Shown: positions 13,770-27,164 of the stretch, in pieces
Position numbering within the stretch: the stretch's first letter is position 1
How the letters are laid out: each line of letters starts with the position of its first letter
Origin: Seison nebaliae
Taxonomy: Eukaryota
Length of the DNA stretch: 37,551 nt
NCBI GenBank assembly: GCA_023231475.1
Contig: JALJEE010001519.1
Coordinates: forward strand, 1 to 37,551
Direction of reading: 5' to 3'
The notes under the pieces: model-generated
The model's input: only the letters and a program-made list of their open reading frames with translations
Database searches by the model: none
Told to the model about the DNA's origin: nothing
Position numbers and translations under genes: made by a program

Positions 13770-13797
<28 letters not shown>
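13770..13797. repeat. (GT)n microsatellite
   Basis: Direct GT run just upstream of the DBHS gene. Confidence 0.9.
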
Positions 13798-13801
<4 letters not shown>

Positions 13802-14722
13802 GGAAATTTGTTGATGGAAAATGACCTTTCCCTCTTCACTTATTATCCGATATGTTACTCTCCGTTTACCACACGAATTTAGTGTAGCGGTCCACCCGAA
13901 CTTATAGGCAACTGGTATATCTTCTCTTTTTAATTTGTTTGGAAGAACTCTATTAATAATTTTATACATTCACCACCTCCCCACCATGACATACATGTCA
14001 TTCCCTAATACACATGTACGCCCTTTCAAATTTCTTAACAACAACAGTGAAGCTTGTCTATTGAATATAATTTGATTTGATGAAAACATCTAATCTAATT
14101 AGTTGGATGGGATGAAACGCGTCTCCAACACAATTCACACAACTCTCACTCCTTTTACACAAACTCGTTTACACTATTATTTTCAGTCTTCTCTCCAATC
14201 ATTCGAACATGTCATAATCATTGATCAATGGATAAACTTAAAAGAATCTAATTGAATCAACTGTGAAAGAGGAGAAATGAGTTTTGTTGGAAGGAAAACT
14301 GAAAAAATGAGAATTTTTTTTTTAAAATTTTTCATTTAAAAGAACAAGTCACTTTATATATATATTCGTGTGTGTGAATAAGAAATAATTTTATTTTTTA
14401 AATAACATAAAATAATTTGTATAAATCATCGGGAACTAAAATATTTTCTATTTCTTTTTTTTTTCTTCTTTGGTTGTCGATCATTTTTGGAAAAAATTAA
14501 AATAAAATAGTTATGTTTGGATGCATGAAAGGAAATGGTGAGCCACTCGCACACTCCATCTATACACACACACATTGAAACAGATCGCGTGAGTGTTTGG
14601 AGAAGTGAAATAAAATAAAAATAATTTCTTCTCAATTCCTCTCGTTAATGTGTGGAATGGATATACATATACATATAAAAGAGAATGTTAATGTGCTTTT
14701 TATAAGAATTGACGTTTGTCGC

Positions 14723-17700
14723 TCATTCGTACAGACTGTTCTGAGAGGACGTCGAATAAGACAAATTGAATTTGCCTTGTTTCTTCGTTATCGGTTTGTA
14801 TCTGGGCGAATTGAATTGATTCTCGTCCACTTTCTCGTCAAACACTTTCATCTCTTCTTCTTCCTCCTTCACTCGTTTATCGACACATCGTTCTTCACCT
14901 TGCAAGATCAGGAGAGAATTTGTCGATGAAATATTTTTTAAATAATTTAAAAAAAGATCATCATTTCCTACCACTTTCTCCGAACATCGTCTCATTCGAA
15001 TGTTGTTGTTGTTATTATTATTGTTGTTATTATCGTTTTGTGGTGTATTGACTTTGAGTGATTGGAGTTGTTTCGTTAACATATTCTGCTGATAGAGATT
15101 AATAGCATTTTTCTCGATGTTCATCGATAACAAATCATTCCAGATGTGCATAAATGATGATTCATTAGGTAAAATTTGAATTTGAAAAAAATGGACGGAA
15201 TTCAAACAACAAGTACTGTCTTTGCAGGATTTCAATATTGGAATGGTGGTAAATTCGATATGATCTCGTTTGTTTGTTTCCCTCATGAAAATCTCTCTCA
15301 TATCGACGAATGAGACGATTTCGTATTTCTGATTGAAACGTTTATTATTATTATTATTGCCCATATCGAACGAGATCGATTGGACACTATTCGACGATGT
15401 TCGTTGACCGACTAATGTGGAATTTGTGGAATTGATGGATGATCGATTACTACCGTTCTCTCCCGTTTCGGATGATGCAGCATTAAACGCATTGAAGAAA
15501 TTGTTGGCGGATGTACAAGCGGCGATGTTCGATGGTGACAATATTGGTGGTGAAGTCATTTGGGATGGTATCGGTGAAATGATTTCTTTAGATTTCTGAT
15601 AATTCAGTTGTTGTTGTTGATTGTCGATGAGTTGAAGAAGTAGATGAATGATTTCCGGATCGACATTCTTCAACGTCTTCACATTGTCAAAAACGATATT
15701 ACTATTCGATTTGAAGATATTTATCAATGAATTGTCCATATTTAACGATTTCACAAAATTCACTAAATCTCTCATATGAACACTCTCTCCAGTGCCACTA
15801 ACTGCCCACACTTCTCTCGGCGATAAATGACGAATCAAACTCGACCATTTATTGTCTTTAATCGAATGATTCTTCAATAACTCGTCAATTTCCATTCCAT
15901 GATTCGGTTCCGATTCCTTCTTCAATTGATTAATTCGATAAACGTAGTCATTGTAGATGATGGCACTACCACTACTTTTATGTTTCTTTAACGGTTTCGT
16001 AATGAGAAGTTGATTATCGAACAAGAATAATTTCTTCAATCCTTTATCGTCACATGTTAAATTATCGAAAAATTTCAAATTCGCCAATTCCTCCTTCTCG
16101 TCCATGGAGATGTTGAGATAAATGGATTTTTGAGAGAATCTCCTGAATGAACTTTTCTTCCTGATATTCGAATGTTTGAAAAGTGTCTTTGATTTATCCT
16201 TCTTGCTCATTTGTAATGATGGTGCATTTAATGCTGTGCGATAGAGACTCTCTCGAAAGTCATTTAATGATTTTGATGAATTCTCATTCAAACAATCGTC
16301 ATTGATAGTGAGTGGAAGTGATTGACGGAAAGTGGGATGATTTGTCATTTTTGATCTGAAATCATTATTGAACAACATATCACCATAATATGATTTGGTC
16401 GTCATATAATCGAAGAAAGAGACGTGATCTTTATGATTGTCTCTCGTCCGATATTTCATCAGATTCACATCTCCGAAATAATATAATCGTCCCAATTCCT
16501 TCATATTCTTTTTGAATTCGTTATTGTTATGACTCTCCTTATTGTTCGAATAGAGTGAATAGATCATTTGGGCGGAATCGATCGCTTTCACAATCTCATG
16601 AATCGTCAATGACGCGTCTAACAGAATTGCCTTTTCATTCTCATTCTTCGTATTCTCTACAATCGACTAGAAAAAAATTTCGATTAGAAAAATTTAATTA
16701 AAATTTATTATTAAAATTAAAAATTAAAATTTATAATTAGAATTTATAATTAAAATTTATAATTAAACTTTTAATAATAATTGATATTTACCGATACGTT
16801 GAATTGGTTGTACGAGTACGTGAGATAATGAGAATAATTTTCCAATTCTTTTGCGTGTATGAGGAAAATAAGAATTCGATTCACAATACGTTCTCCAAAA
16901 CGAATCGGCCAGTTTATGGTTGAGGAGATAATGTAGATAAAGTTCGTATAATTCCTCTTTCTGTCAAATAAATGAATAAATCAATTAATAATAATAAGAA
17001 TAAATAGAAATTTAAATAAAAATGAATTAAACGTAAAATATGAATGTGTGAGCGATGAGACCAGGAATGAATGACGCTAATCGAAGAACCGGTAAGAAAA
17101 CGGTCGAATGGAAAAGATAAATCTGTTTCACGTTACTGAACAGAAGATACATGTTCTCGATGATTTCTGGTGATTGACAATCGGCTATTTGTTTCTCATA
17201 ATCCTCGACAACTGATTGTAGTTCGTTAATGTACGTTCGTTCCGTATCTAGAATCTCTTTGATGGCGTGAAACCGTTTGTCGTTGTTCGTCGTCATTATA
17301 CCGAGGAAGATGTTCGTTGTCGTCAATTCGTCATTTGTCTGGTTGTCGGTGAAGGTGGTTGAGATGGGGAAATTATGCCAGAAGACATTCAACTTCAACA
17401 CCAGTAATTGGAGCTCGTACAAATGGAGGAATGTGTTAGAGGAGAAATTTGAATTTAATAATTCTAAATATTTTCGTTGGATGTCAGTGATGAGGAAATA
17501 TGATTTAAATTTACCGAAATATGTTTGGAGGATGGATTCGAGTTCGGTGTTTGGAAGGAATCGTTGAACGATATTCCATATATGAATAAATAATTCATCA
17601 ATTAAATCATCATCAGAATCGTGATGGATGGAATTGAATTGATTATATAGATCGAGATTAGAGAAGATTAATCGATAATTCTCCGTCATATGTTCGGACG

Positions 17701-20700
17701 ATAACAAATTCGACAATTTCGTTCCGTAATGTTGCGCCACGTATTGATGGAGTTTGATATGATATATGATGGATTTGAAATCGATGAGGAGATCCTGTCG
17801 ATTATCGTTCAATAGATCAATGAGTGAAATTGGCATTGTAGTATTCATCGATTCTTTCATAATGTCTTGTGTTAACCATTCGTCACAATGATGAATGGAT
17901 GATGAAATTCTCATATTAATCATATTCAAATTCCAATGGAAAAATAGATCGCCAGCGATGACGTCCAATTCCTCCACTTTCGGCACGAGACATTTCCCTC
18001 CCATCAACATATGTTCCTCCAAATGTTCTTTATGTTGAACGAGATGTTGTTGATCAAATTGAGGATAACGTTCGTTCATCACAGTTAAACAATATGAATT
18101 CATTTCCGTCAACGATATTTGATGGTCATTTTCCATCTCTTGTTTCATGTTCAATCGAAGAACATTTAACGCTTTTCTCGGATATCGATAATCTCGTCGT
18201 TTCTGATGACTTTGATCAATCGGATGAGAATCGATTGATGGTGATCGATTGGATGACGAACAAATCGATTCGTTCAATTGATATGATTCTCGATTAAGAT
18301 TTGTGATGCCACTGTCATTGGTTACTTCGCCGGAATTGATGGACGGATCATAATAAGGTGATTCATGTGAATGTGACTCGAAAAGAAACGTCATATCAGT
18401 CGACGGAACTTTACAACGATAAATGAGACGGATTCCATCATTCGCCAATTCCTCTATCGATTCGATCAATTCTGAAAAATTCTCTCGCAATTTCTCATAT
18501 AAATCATTACGATGGAAAATTGACATGGAGCTGGCAGTAGATGTGGCTGTAGATATGTGTTTTTTCAAATCATCAACTTGTCTTTGGATGGATTTGAAGG
18601 AATTTTCAAATTGACGACTACTACTAATGAAATGGAGATATCGTTGCATGTCATTGGAGAGATAATTGACATAAATCTCCAGACCGATAACGGAAGCTTG
18701 TATCGTTTTAATTTGATCAGCGGCGATAATTGTTCGTTTTGGCTCGTTCAATTTCTGCAAATGAAAAACATTCAATTTTTCATGTTCAAATGTATTGGAT
18801 AAATTCAAATTTAAATTTCGATCGATTTCTGTATATTGATAATTATTATCTTCATCCACATCCGCCAACGAATTTATCCACGATTTAGTGTATGCGTATT
18901 TATCGATATTATTATCATTGGGAGATGACTCATGTTGAACGATATGTAATGACGATGATTGATTCACATTAATATTCTTATTTGACATTACCGGTGTCAT
19001 AGGCGAAGTGGCATCGTCATGTAACTTCATCAACAATTGTAACATACTCGCACTGAGAACGTCGAGATTGTTGAGATTGTCGATGACAATTTTCCTTTGT
19101 TCTTCAATGAATGTCATCCATTCTTTAATTTTCAATATTTGAGATAATGTCGATGATGATTTATTCATAATCGTCGTACACGTATCACTCATATTCTCAC
19201 TATTGGATGTGACTCCTGAAATGGTCGCTCCTCCATTTGTTGTCGTTAATGTGATGGCCGTTGGTGTTTTGATGGTTGATGGTGAGAGAACGGTTTCCGT
19301 CGTCTCAATTAAATCGTTTAATTCCGAATGGAAATTATTATTGATCATCTCCTCTTTGATCTCAACAAATCGTTTGCACAAATCATTCACTTCACCGATA
19401 CATTCACCAACACATACGTGCAATCTGTCGATAGCTGATTGTTGTTCTAACCATTCGCTGAGTGTCTTGTCGCCGTATTGGAGAAGTTGATGGAATTCCT
19501 GTGCATTTCTCGTTAAACGATTGACGAATTCGCGAATATCTCGATATTGTCGAATCTGAGGAAGATAAAATAAAATTTTGAATAATTTTTAAAAATTTCT
19601 TAATAATTTCTAACATTAAATGAATAATCGAAGGAAGTGAAACATAATTGACGACGGAAATTCGAATAGAGAGTCACCGGTTGAATGATGAAAACTGATC
19701 GGATGATATGATGATAATACTTCTGGAGTAATTGGAGCAATAACGTCACGTTGTCCCAATCACCATTACGACGATTAATCACGGCAATTATCTTTCTACC
19801 TTCGTCATTGTGTCGGGCAGATTTTGAGTGACCATTTCTGGGATATAAACAGAAATTTGTCGTCTCGTTCAATTTGGAAATGAAATAATTTGTGAGTAAT
19901 TGATAATAATTGACGATTTGACGATGGTCAATGAAATGTTGTGTGAAATTATTCTCCTTAATCTCATCATCGTCAATCACGTCATAACTGCCAATACTCG
20001 CCTTCTTCTTATCGTACTGATGATGATGATGATGATGATGATGATGGTTATGTTGTTGGTTGCAGAGATTATCGTCGTCACTACCATCCGCCAACATTTT
20101 CCAAGCGAACTTCCTCAAATATTTCTGGAAGATTTGCGACGAATAATTCTTCTTTGTTTCCGTCTCGAAAAACATCTTGACGAATTTCTCTTCCACCTCT
20201 CTCAATTTCTGTTTGGTGACATCGGAATAAATGATGGCGGGAATCATTTCAAAATCGTCGCGCACAATTCGTGCACTTCTCTCATCATTCTTCTCATCGT
20301 CTCCATCTGCGTCGATTGTCTCCGCTTCGTTATACTGATCGTCGATCATCGTCGTCCTCTTCGTTATGGTGGTCATTGTGGCGGAGATGTTGTTGGTCGA
20401 TGATATATCCACTGATGGTTTCCCAACCAGATGTTTCGCCAACGATTTCGAAGTGAACAAATTAAGGAATGTTCCCTTCAACAAATTCGATCGACTAAAT
20501 CTTTGTTCATTTGATTGTTGTTGTTCTTGTTGTTCTTGTTGCGACTGCTGTTGTTGTTGTTGTTGTTGACGTTGTTGACGTTGTTGTTCTTCTTCTTCGT
20601 CGTTCACATTGAATTTATCAACTACATGAAAGAAAGTTTGAGTGAGTGAATGAATGAGAAGAAAAGAAAAGTTAACGGAATGAAACGGAAACGAGTTGAT

Positions 20701-20737
20701 CCTGAATGAGATCGTTTATCAAATCGTCTTTCTCCAT
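14723..20737 (-). CDS. Dbl-family RhoGEF (Sec14/CRAL-TRIO, helical/spectrin-like, DH, PH; MCF2L/Dbs/Trio/puratrophin-like); exons 20737-20677, 20621-19615, 19555-17033, 16960-16769, 16666-14723
   Basis: Sec14-like IAVINRRNGDWDNVTLLLQLLQ...VFIIQP and LSEWLEQQ. DH motifs AIKEILDTERTYINEL, LFSNVKQIYLFHSTVFLP, LVQPIQRIGKYQLLLK. PH strand KLFLFDNQLLITKP. Four GTT-AG introns (55, 59, 72, 102 nt) keep the frame. Confidence 0.9.
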
Positions 20738-23383
20738 GACAGATAAGTCAATTTACATTTGTGTGAGAATCGAACGTCTATCGTGGGGGCAATGGTGGTG
20801 GTGGTGTAGGGGAGATGGATTTGGAGTATAAGAAAAAAAAATTAATTTTCTCAACTAATATAGAAAGACAAAGACGGAAGGGAAATAGAAGAAATCGAAA
20901 TAAAGTCAAAAAAAAAAAAACGAGATTGTTATAAAAGTTCGTTACTTCTACACTATAACTCCTTCGCCTCTCCTCACTACATGCAGACGAGGCGAAACAA
21001 CTCGAATTAAAAAGGAAAAAATTAGAAAATTTTTCGAATTAGTTTCTTTTCGATTATCAATTATCCCAACATAAATATTCTATCCTCCTCTCTCTCTCTC
21101 TCGCAGAAGAAGAAGAAGAAAAGCGGAACGAAATTCTAAAAGAATTTGGATTACTTCTGAAATTTATCATCATCAATTTCATCCTCTATCAGTCCTTACT
21201 CCCGTTGAGTAAAGAAATGAGTTAGACAAATAAGGAAATTCGAAGCAGCTTCCAAACGAGAATTATCAAATTCTGCAACTGTTTTCCTATCTCGTTCCAC
21301 ATTTCCTGCGTCGTGTCTTCACCATTTAATCGGATCGAGGAAAAAAAAATCATTCGTCATTTAAATGGCCAGCGACATTTATAGTCCATAAAATTAGAAG
21401 AACGAAGTGGGGTCACTATATTTGCCATTAAGAGAAATGTAGAAGGAACAACAAATTCCATTTTATTCGATTAATATTATCATCATCATCGTCATGTTAT
21501 TTCGATGATGATTATTTTCATCACTCTTCATCATCAGAGAGAGAGAGAGTGGAGCGGAGGAGAGAAAGGTAGAAAGGAGATCAAACAAGAACATTTAGGC
21601 TAAAACAGACGATGACATGCAGTGAGAGAAGAGGACGACGTGATGAGTAATAACCATTCGAATAGGCACAACAGATGCTCATAACGACCCATATGTTACA
21701 AGAAAGACAGAGAGAATGAGAGAGAGAAAAAATCAATTTCCGTTTGGCTACTTTCAACTTAAATTAGGAGGAATGTTGAGTGACAAAAAAGAATGATGTC
21801 GCTCAAATCATAACATGATATATGAGACAGCCACAAGAATATGAACTTCAATTTATGAAGAAACATTCCCAATTCCATTTCTCCACTCCACAATGACCGA
21901 ACGATTAATTCATGATTCATAATCAGATGAAATTCTGCTCAATCTCACAACAAACTTCTCTTAATCTCCATATTTGATGATTATGATTTATGACTAATAA
22001 GCGAATCGATACAAAAGATCTTATAAGCATATTCCCTCATTATCATAATATGATGGAATTGACATGATTTCTTATGTTCAATTCCGTCATGATGGAATTT
22101 AATTCATCATTCCCAGATCATTCCATAGAAGTTGAAAAGAAGAAAATATTTGAAGTTTATTAAAAGAAGAAGAAGAAGAAGCGTTAAATGAAATTGATTA
22201 GAAGATAATTAATTGATTAGGAATAAATCGATAATTAACAGATAATTCATAAATCGTTTTAATGAGAGAGAAGACAGGAAGGAAGGAAGGAAGGAAGAGA
22301 AAGAGAAAGAGAATGATGTTAATTAGACGAAAGGAGATTTCTTTCTATTCTCCTTTCCAATTGTTTAGAGTGGAAGGATAAATGTCTGATTAGAAAATTA
22401 ATAAAACGAAATGGAATTGTTGTTCGTGGAGAGGTGAGGAAGATAGAATCCGAAATGTTCAAATATTTACTTTCTTCTTGTCTTCTTCGGTGAGAGAATA
22501 GGAAGAAACGTGTGAACAATATCTTAATTGGATTTAGTGTTGTTACTTCTCCTTCTTCGCTTCCTTCCACAACGAGAGGATGGAAACTAATCACCATCGA
22601 CGAACGGTCAATCATTCTCAATGGAATTAGAGTGAATAAATAAATGGAATGACCATGTAGGAAATGTTGGTAGGAGTCTCTCACATCTGCTTATTATCAT
22701 CTTTTTGACATTTATCATTTATTTCCATCAAATTATCATCGTTTTCATTTATCAACTTATCATTCATCTATCTACCTGATACTCATATCTTTCCCTTTCC
22801 TTTCCATCATCACCACCATCATCACTATCCTTCTCTCTTTTTCTTGCCCACACTAGTTTCTCTTTCAACATGTTGCCAAGGTGTAAATGTTTCTTTCCTT
22901 CCTTCATATCCTCTTTCTTTCCTCAACAAAGAATCAGGAGAAGGTCATGAAAGAATGAGAGAACTCTCGATATTCATATTAATAAAAATTCTCTTCTTTC
23001 TTACTAATTCTTCTTCTTATTATCTTCAAGAGAAATTGTTTGTTTGGAGAAAAAATTTAAAAAGTATCATAAATACTCAATAACTCCCCATTTGCACAGA
23101 CGAAGAGAACACACAGTGAATAAAAGGGAATTTTTTTTAAAATAAAGAATGTTGATGAATTGGAATGAAGGAATAAGAGAAGAATTATTTTATCGTAATT
23201 CACTCACAAGGCCATCATCAGCACCATCACCATTTACGCGAATCATCAGAAAAAAATCTTTTTCAAATTTAATTAATTTTAAAATAATTATAAGAACAAG
23301 TCCTTTTAAAAGTCAACTTTCTACATCTCCTTTTCTTTCTTTTTTTTTGTTGACAATCCAATTATGTAGAATTATGATTGCTT

Positions 23384-24745
23384 TTAGTATTCATCGAAAC
23401 CTGGCATGAAAAATTGCTTTGCAAATTCATTAACCTTTCCCTTCAATTCCTCAATTTCTTTTATTGATGTGGAACGAACGAATTCTTTAAACTTCTTCGT
23501 CGTTAAGACGGTGTCGCCTGTATTTGCCTTGGCAGCATCGTCTTGTAATCGGAGAGTGAGTTCGATTGCTTCGTGTACGAATCGAGCCACTTCACCGAAA
23601 TCGTTTTTCTCAAGTTTCCTCGACGTCAACGCAGAAGTTCCGATTCGAATTCCACTCGGTTTCAACGCGCTCTTGTCACCAGGACACGTATTTTTATTGA
23701 CGGCGATTTGACACAATTCCAAAATGAATTCAACTTTCGCTCCATCCGTTCCCTTATTTTTCAAATTTAACAACATTTGATGAGTGTCTGTGCCACCAGT
23801 GACGATATGGTAACCGAATTCGATGAATTTCTCACAAACAAATCGTGAATTGTCGATGACTTTTCTTGCATAAACTTTCCATTCGTCACTCATCACTTCT
23901 TTCAATGCCACACCGATGGCACTGATGGTGTGATTGTGAGGACCGCCTTGTAAACCGGGAAAAACGGCAAAATCGATTTTTTTCGATATCTCTTCATTCT
24001 TACTGAAAATGATGGCTGCACGTGGTCCTCTTAATGTCTTGTGAGTAGTAGTCGTTATTACATCGCAATAATCGAATGGATTATTTACTAATTTTGCTGC
24101 CACTAATCCACTCACATGTGACATATCCGCCATTAAAATACTTTTGGATTTTGTAGCGATTTCTTTGAATTTCTTATAATCCAAATTCCTCGAATAACAA
24201 CTAATTCCAGCAATGATGAGTGTTGGTCGATATCTCATAGCCATATCTTCCAACCATTCATAATCGATTTCTTCCGTTTCCAAATTCCGTTTATATGGCA
24301 TCGATTCAAAAAAGATGGATGTGGCACTGATCTTTTTATTACCGTTATAGAAACCATGAGAGAGATGACCACCGTCTGATAAATCCAATCCCATAATTCG
24401 ACCATGAACTCCAACGAGTGCCGTATAAACGGCAAAATTGGCTGGTGTTCCCGAAAGTGATTGAACATTAACTTTCCATTCATTACCATCAAGATGGAAA
24501 GCGGATAATGCTCGTTCTTTCACTAAACTTTCCATTTCATCAACAAATTCCGTTCCACCATAATATCGATTGCCGATAGTGCCCTCACTATATTTATTGG
24601 AGAAACAGGAACTTTGTGCTTCGAGAACTGCGCGTGAAGCGAAATTCTCCGACGAGATCAATTCAAGACCGTTCTTCTGTCTCATTTTCTCCTTCATCAT
24701 AATCTCGTACATTTGTGGATCGGCATCCTTCAAAGTCGTTGTCAT
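23384..24745 (-). CDS. SHMT: Serine hydroxymethyltransferase, probably cytosolic, intronless
   Basis: LELISSENF, NKYSEG..GNRYYGG, GGHLSHGF, ADMSHVSGLVAA, PLP-lysine motif TTTTHKTLRGPR, VFPGLQGGPHNH. First ATG at 24745; the ORF-track start at 24778 is a TTG. Confidence 0.97.
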   Translation of the reverse strand: MTTTLKDADPQMYEIMMKEKMRQKNGLELISSENFASRAVLEAQSSCFSNKYSEGTIGNRYYGGTEFVDEMESLVKERALSAFHLDGNEWKVNVQSLSGTPANFAVYTALVGVHGRIMGLDLSDGGHLSHGFYNGNKKISATSIFFESMPYKRNLETEEIDYEWLEDMAMRYRPTLIIAGISCYSRNLDYKKFKEIATKSKSILMADMSHVSGLVAAKLVNNPFDYCDVITTTTHKTLRGPRAAIIFSKNEEISKKIDFAVFPGLQGGPHNHTISAIGVALKEVMSDEWKVYARKVIDNSRFVCEKFIEFGYHIVTGGTDTHQMLLNLKNKGTDGAKVEFILELCQIAVNKNTCPGDKSALKPSGIRIGTSALTSRKLEKNDFGEVARFVHEAIELTLRLQDDAAKANTGDTVLTTKKFKEFVRSTSIKEIEELKGKVNEFAKQFFMPGFDEY

Positions 24746-25041
24746 TTTTTTTTTTTGATGTAAATAAAAAATTTTCAACTTATCTACGAAAAAGATTTGA
24801 AATTTTATTTAAAATTTATTTATGGTTCGATATGATGACATCCTTTTTCACACACATATCATTCTACATAAATCACAAATTGGAAATTTCGAGATAATTT
24901 TAAAATTTACATTATCCCAAATTTCCACAATCACTTCATTTCACTTCGAAAATTCGTCGATCAATATTCAAATTTGAAGCTTTTCTTTCTCATCAACATC
25001 CACTTCAATCGTCATACCGTCACCAATAACAGTTGTGAAGT

Positions 25042-27065
25042 ATGCAACCGATCAATCGACGTCGCTCATCAATTAATCATGAGAAGAAAGAGAATCATCA
25101 TCATTATTGTCATCAACATCAATCACATCATAACCATAACCATAACCATCACCATCATCATCACCATCATTCAAGTCGTCGACGGAAGCGATGGGCGTCA
25201 TGTCACACGGACGACGAAGAGACAGTTACAAGGAAAAATAATGTGAAACGTTTCGACGATCCGTTACACTGAATTTAATTTTAAATTTCATTCGACCATC
25301 ATCAATTAGAATCCATCAGAAAGAAGACTCGTTGTTGACCTCCGCCAGCGGTTACAGTAACTTGAGAGGCTTCTTCAATCTCTGCATCATTCTCCTAGTT
25401 TTCTCATTTCCAATTGTTTTATTAACACCAACTCTTATCTAGTGTATGTCAACGGGTCGTTTAGTGTTGGAGAATTTAATAAAGTTTTTTTTCTTTTTCT
25501 TTTTTACAACTTTCATGGCCCGTATTGGACAGATATGGTCTCCTTGTGGAATCGAATGCAATCATCTATTTCATCGCTTTATCGACGTTCAAAGAGAATC
25601 TGTTCATCATCATCATATTACTCCTCTCCATTCTCCACGCTTATCTGATCGAGAAGATGCGGTTAACTGTTATTATTCCATCAAACGGAATTTGAATGGA
25701 GAAATTTTTCCAAAAAAAATTTTTGAATAAATTTTCAGTTTTTTTTTTTCGACGAAAATTTTCTTTTAGTTTCAATCGTTTCACATGATTATTATAAATT
25801 TCATACTTCTATTATAGATCGGAAGGAAACAATGGAGATTCATTCGATTGTTACATATCATTAATTTGACGATGTTACTCATCTTTCCACCATACATCGT
25901 CTTAATAAATGATTTTCATGTTTGTTAGACGAATTTGTTAAATTTGAAAAATATAAAGAGAATTTTCTCATTTTTTCCAGTATCAGCAATAACGGAATTG
26001 ATGTGGATAACGATCGTTTTCCTCAAATTGTGGAGTTATGCTGCTATCAATAGTCGATGTTATGATTGGTTAATGGAGAATGAACATGGTCGTCGTAAGA
26101 CGAAACATCACGTGATTAACACGAGTGAATCGATGACGAATATGAAGGAATCATTCAGTGATAGTAACGAATTGGATTCATTATCATCATTAACGGATAA
26201 TGAGAATGAAGTGGAAGAAATGGAATATCCGAAAAATATAAATTTGAAAAATTTAATTTATTTCATTTTTGCTCCCACTCTCTGTTACGAGTTATCTTTC
26301 CCTCGCAATAATCGAATCAGATTCAAATTTTTATTGCGACGTCTCCTCGAACTCATTTTCATTCCACCACTTCTACTTCTCATCACACAACAATATGTCA
26401 ATCCTATCATCAATAGTACTCGTCAACCAATTAGTGATATGGATTGGATGAAGATGTTGGAACGACTTTTGAAATTGGCTGTGCCAAATCATATTTTCTG
26501 GTTGTTACTCTTTTATTGGATTTTCCATTCGATGTTAAATGTTTTCGGAGAAATTCTCCAATTTGCTGATCGACGATTTTATGGTGATTGGTGGAATAGT
26601 GAAAGTATTCGGTATTTTTGGCAAAATTGGAATGTTACCGTTCATCGTTTCGCTCAACGTCACATATATAAACCATTAAGGAAAAATTATCATTTCAGTT
26701 CGATGGGAGCGAAAGGTGTCGTTTTTCTCGTCTCAGCTTTCTTTCACGAATATCTCGTTAGTGTACCACTTAAAATGCTCCGACCATGGGCTTTTCTCGG
26801 CATGCTTGGTCAAGTACCATTTGCATTGTTCGTCGACAATTTCCTCTCCGGTACAATCGGCAACACTTTCGTCTGGTTGTCATTGATTATTGGACAACCA
26901 TTAACTCTCCTCATGTATATGCACGATTATTACATTTATGTGAAGGAGGTGGAATATGGAAAGACCACTCTCCTCAACGAGAAGGAACGTCTCTTCTATC
27001 TCCAACATAACAGTTTGCTCGACCAATCATGGAAATTCGTTCACAACAATCAAACAATCTTCTAA
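25042..27065 (+). CDS. DGAT1: Diacylglycerol O-acyltransferase 1 (MBOAT); exons 25042-25262, 25310-25397, 25443-25483, 25533-25668, 25818-25923, 25981-27065
   Basis: HQKEDSLLTSASGYSNLRG, RLVLENLIKYG, FLKLWSY, YFIFAPTLCYE, FADRRFYGDWWN, FWQNWN, SAFFHEYLVSVP, GQP. Five GTT-AG introns (47, 45, 49, 149, 57 nt). Confidence 0.95.
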
Positions 27066-27164
27066 TCTTTATTCCATCATTTTATTTTCTCGATTATTGC
27101 TTTCATTGGAAAATCATTAAACTCTCTCTCTCTCTCTCTCACACTCACTCACTCAAATGGGTAA

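Noticed and set aside
14901..14975. Possible extra intron near the RhoGEF 3' end with a GTG or GTA donor
   Set aside because: The frame is open without it and no homology constrains it. Worth checking in RNA-seq because it would be an exception to the GTT rule.
20800..23380. ORFs 22319-22684, 22844-23083 and 23149-23409
   Set aside because: Low-complexity, no motifs, some with non-ATG starts; probably intergenic or UTR sequence.
23384..24745. Bacterial horizontal origin of the intronless SHMT
   Set aside because: It carries eukaryote-type signatures (KKISATSIFFESMPY, GGPHNHTI) and host-like base composition.
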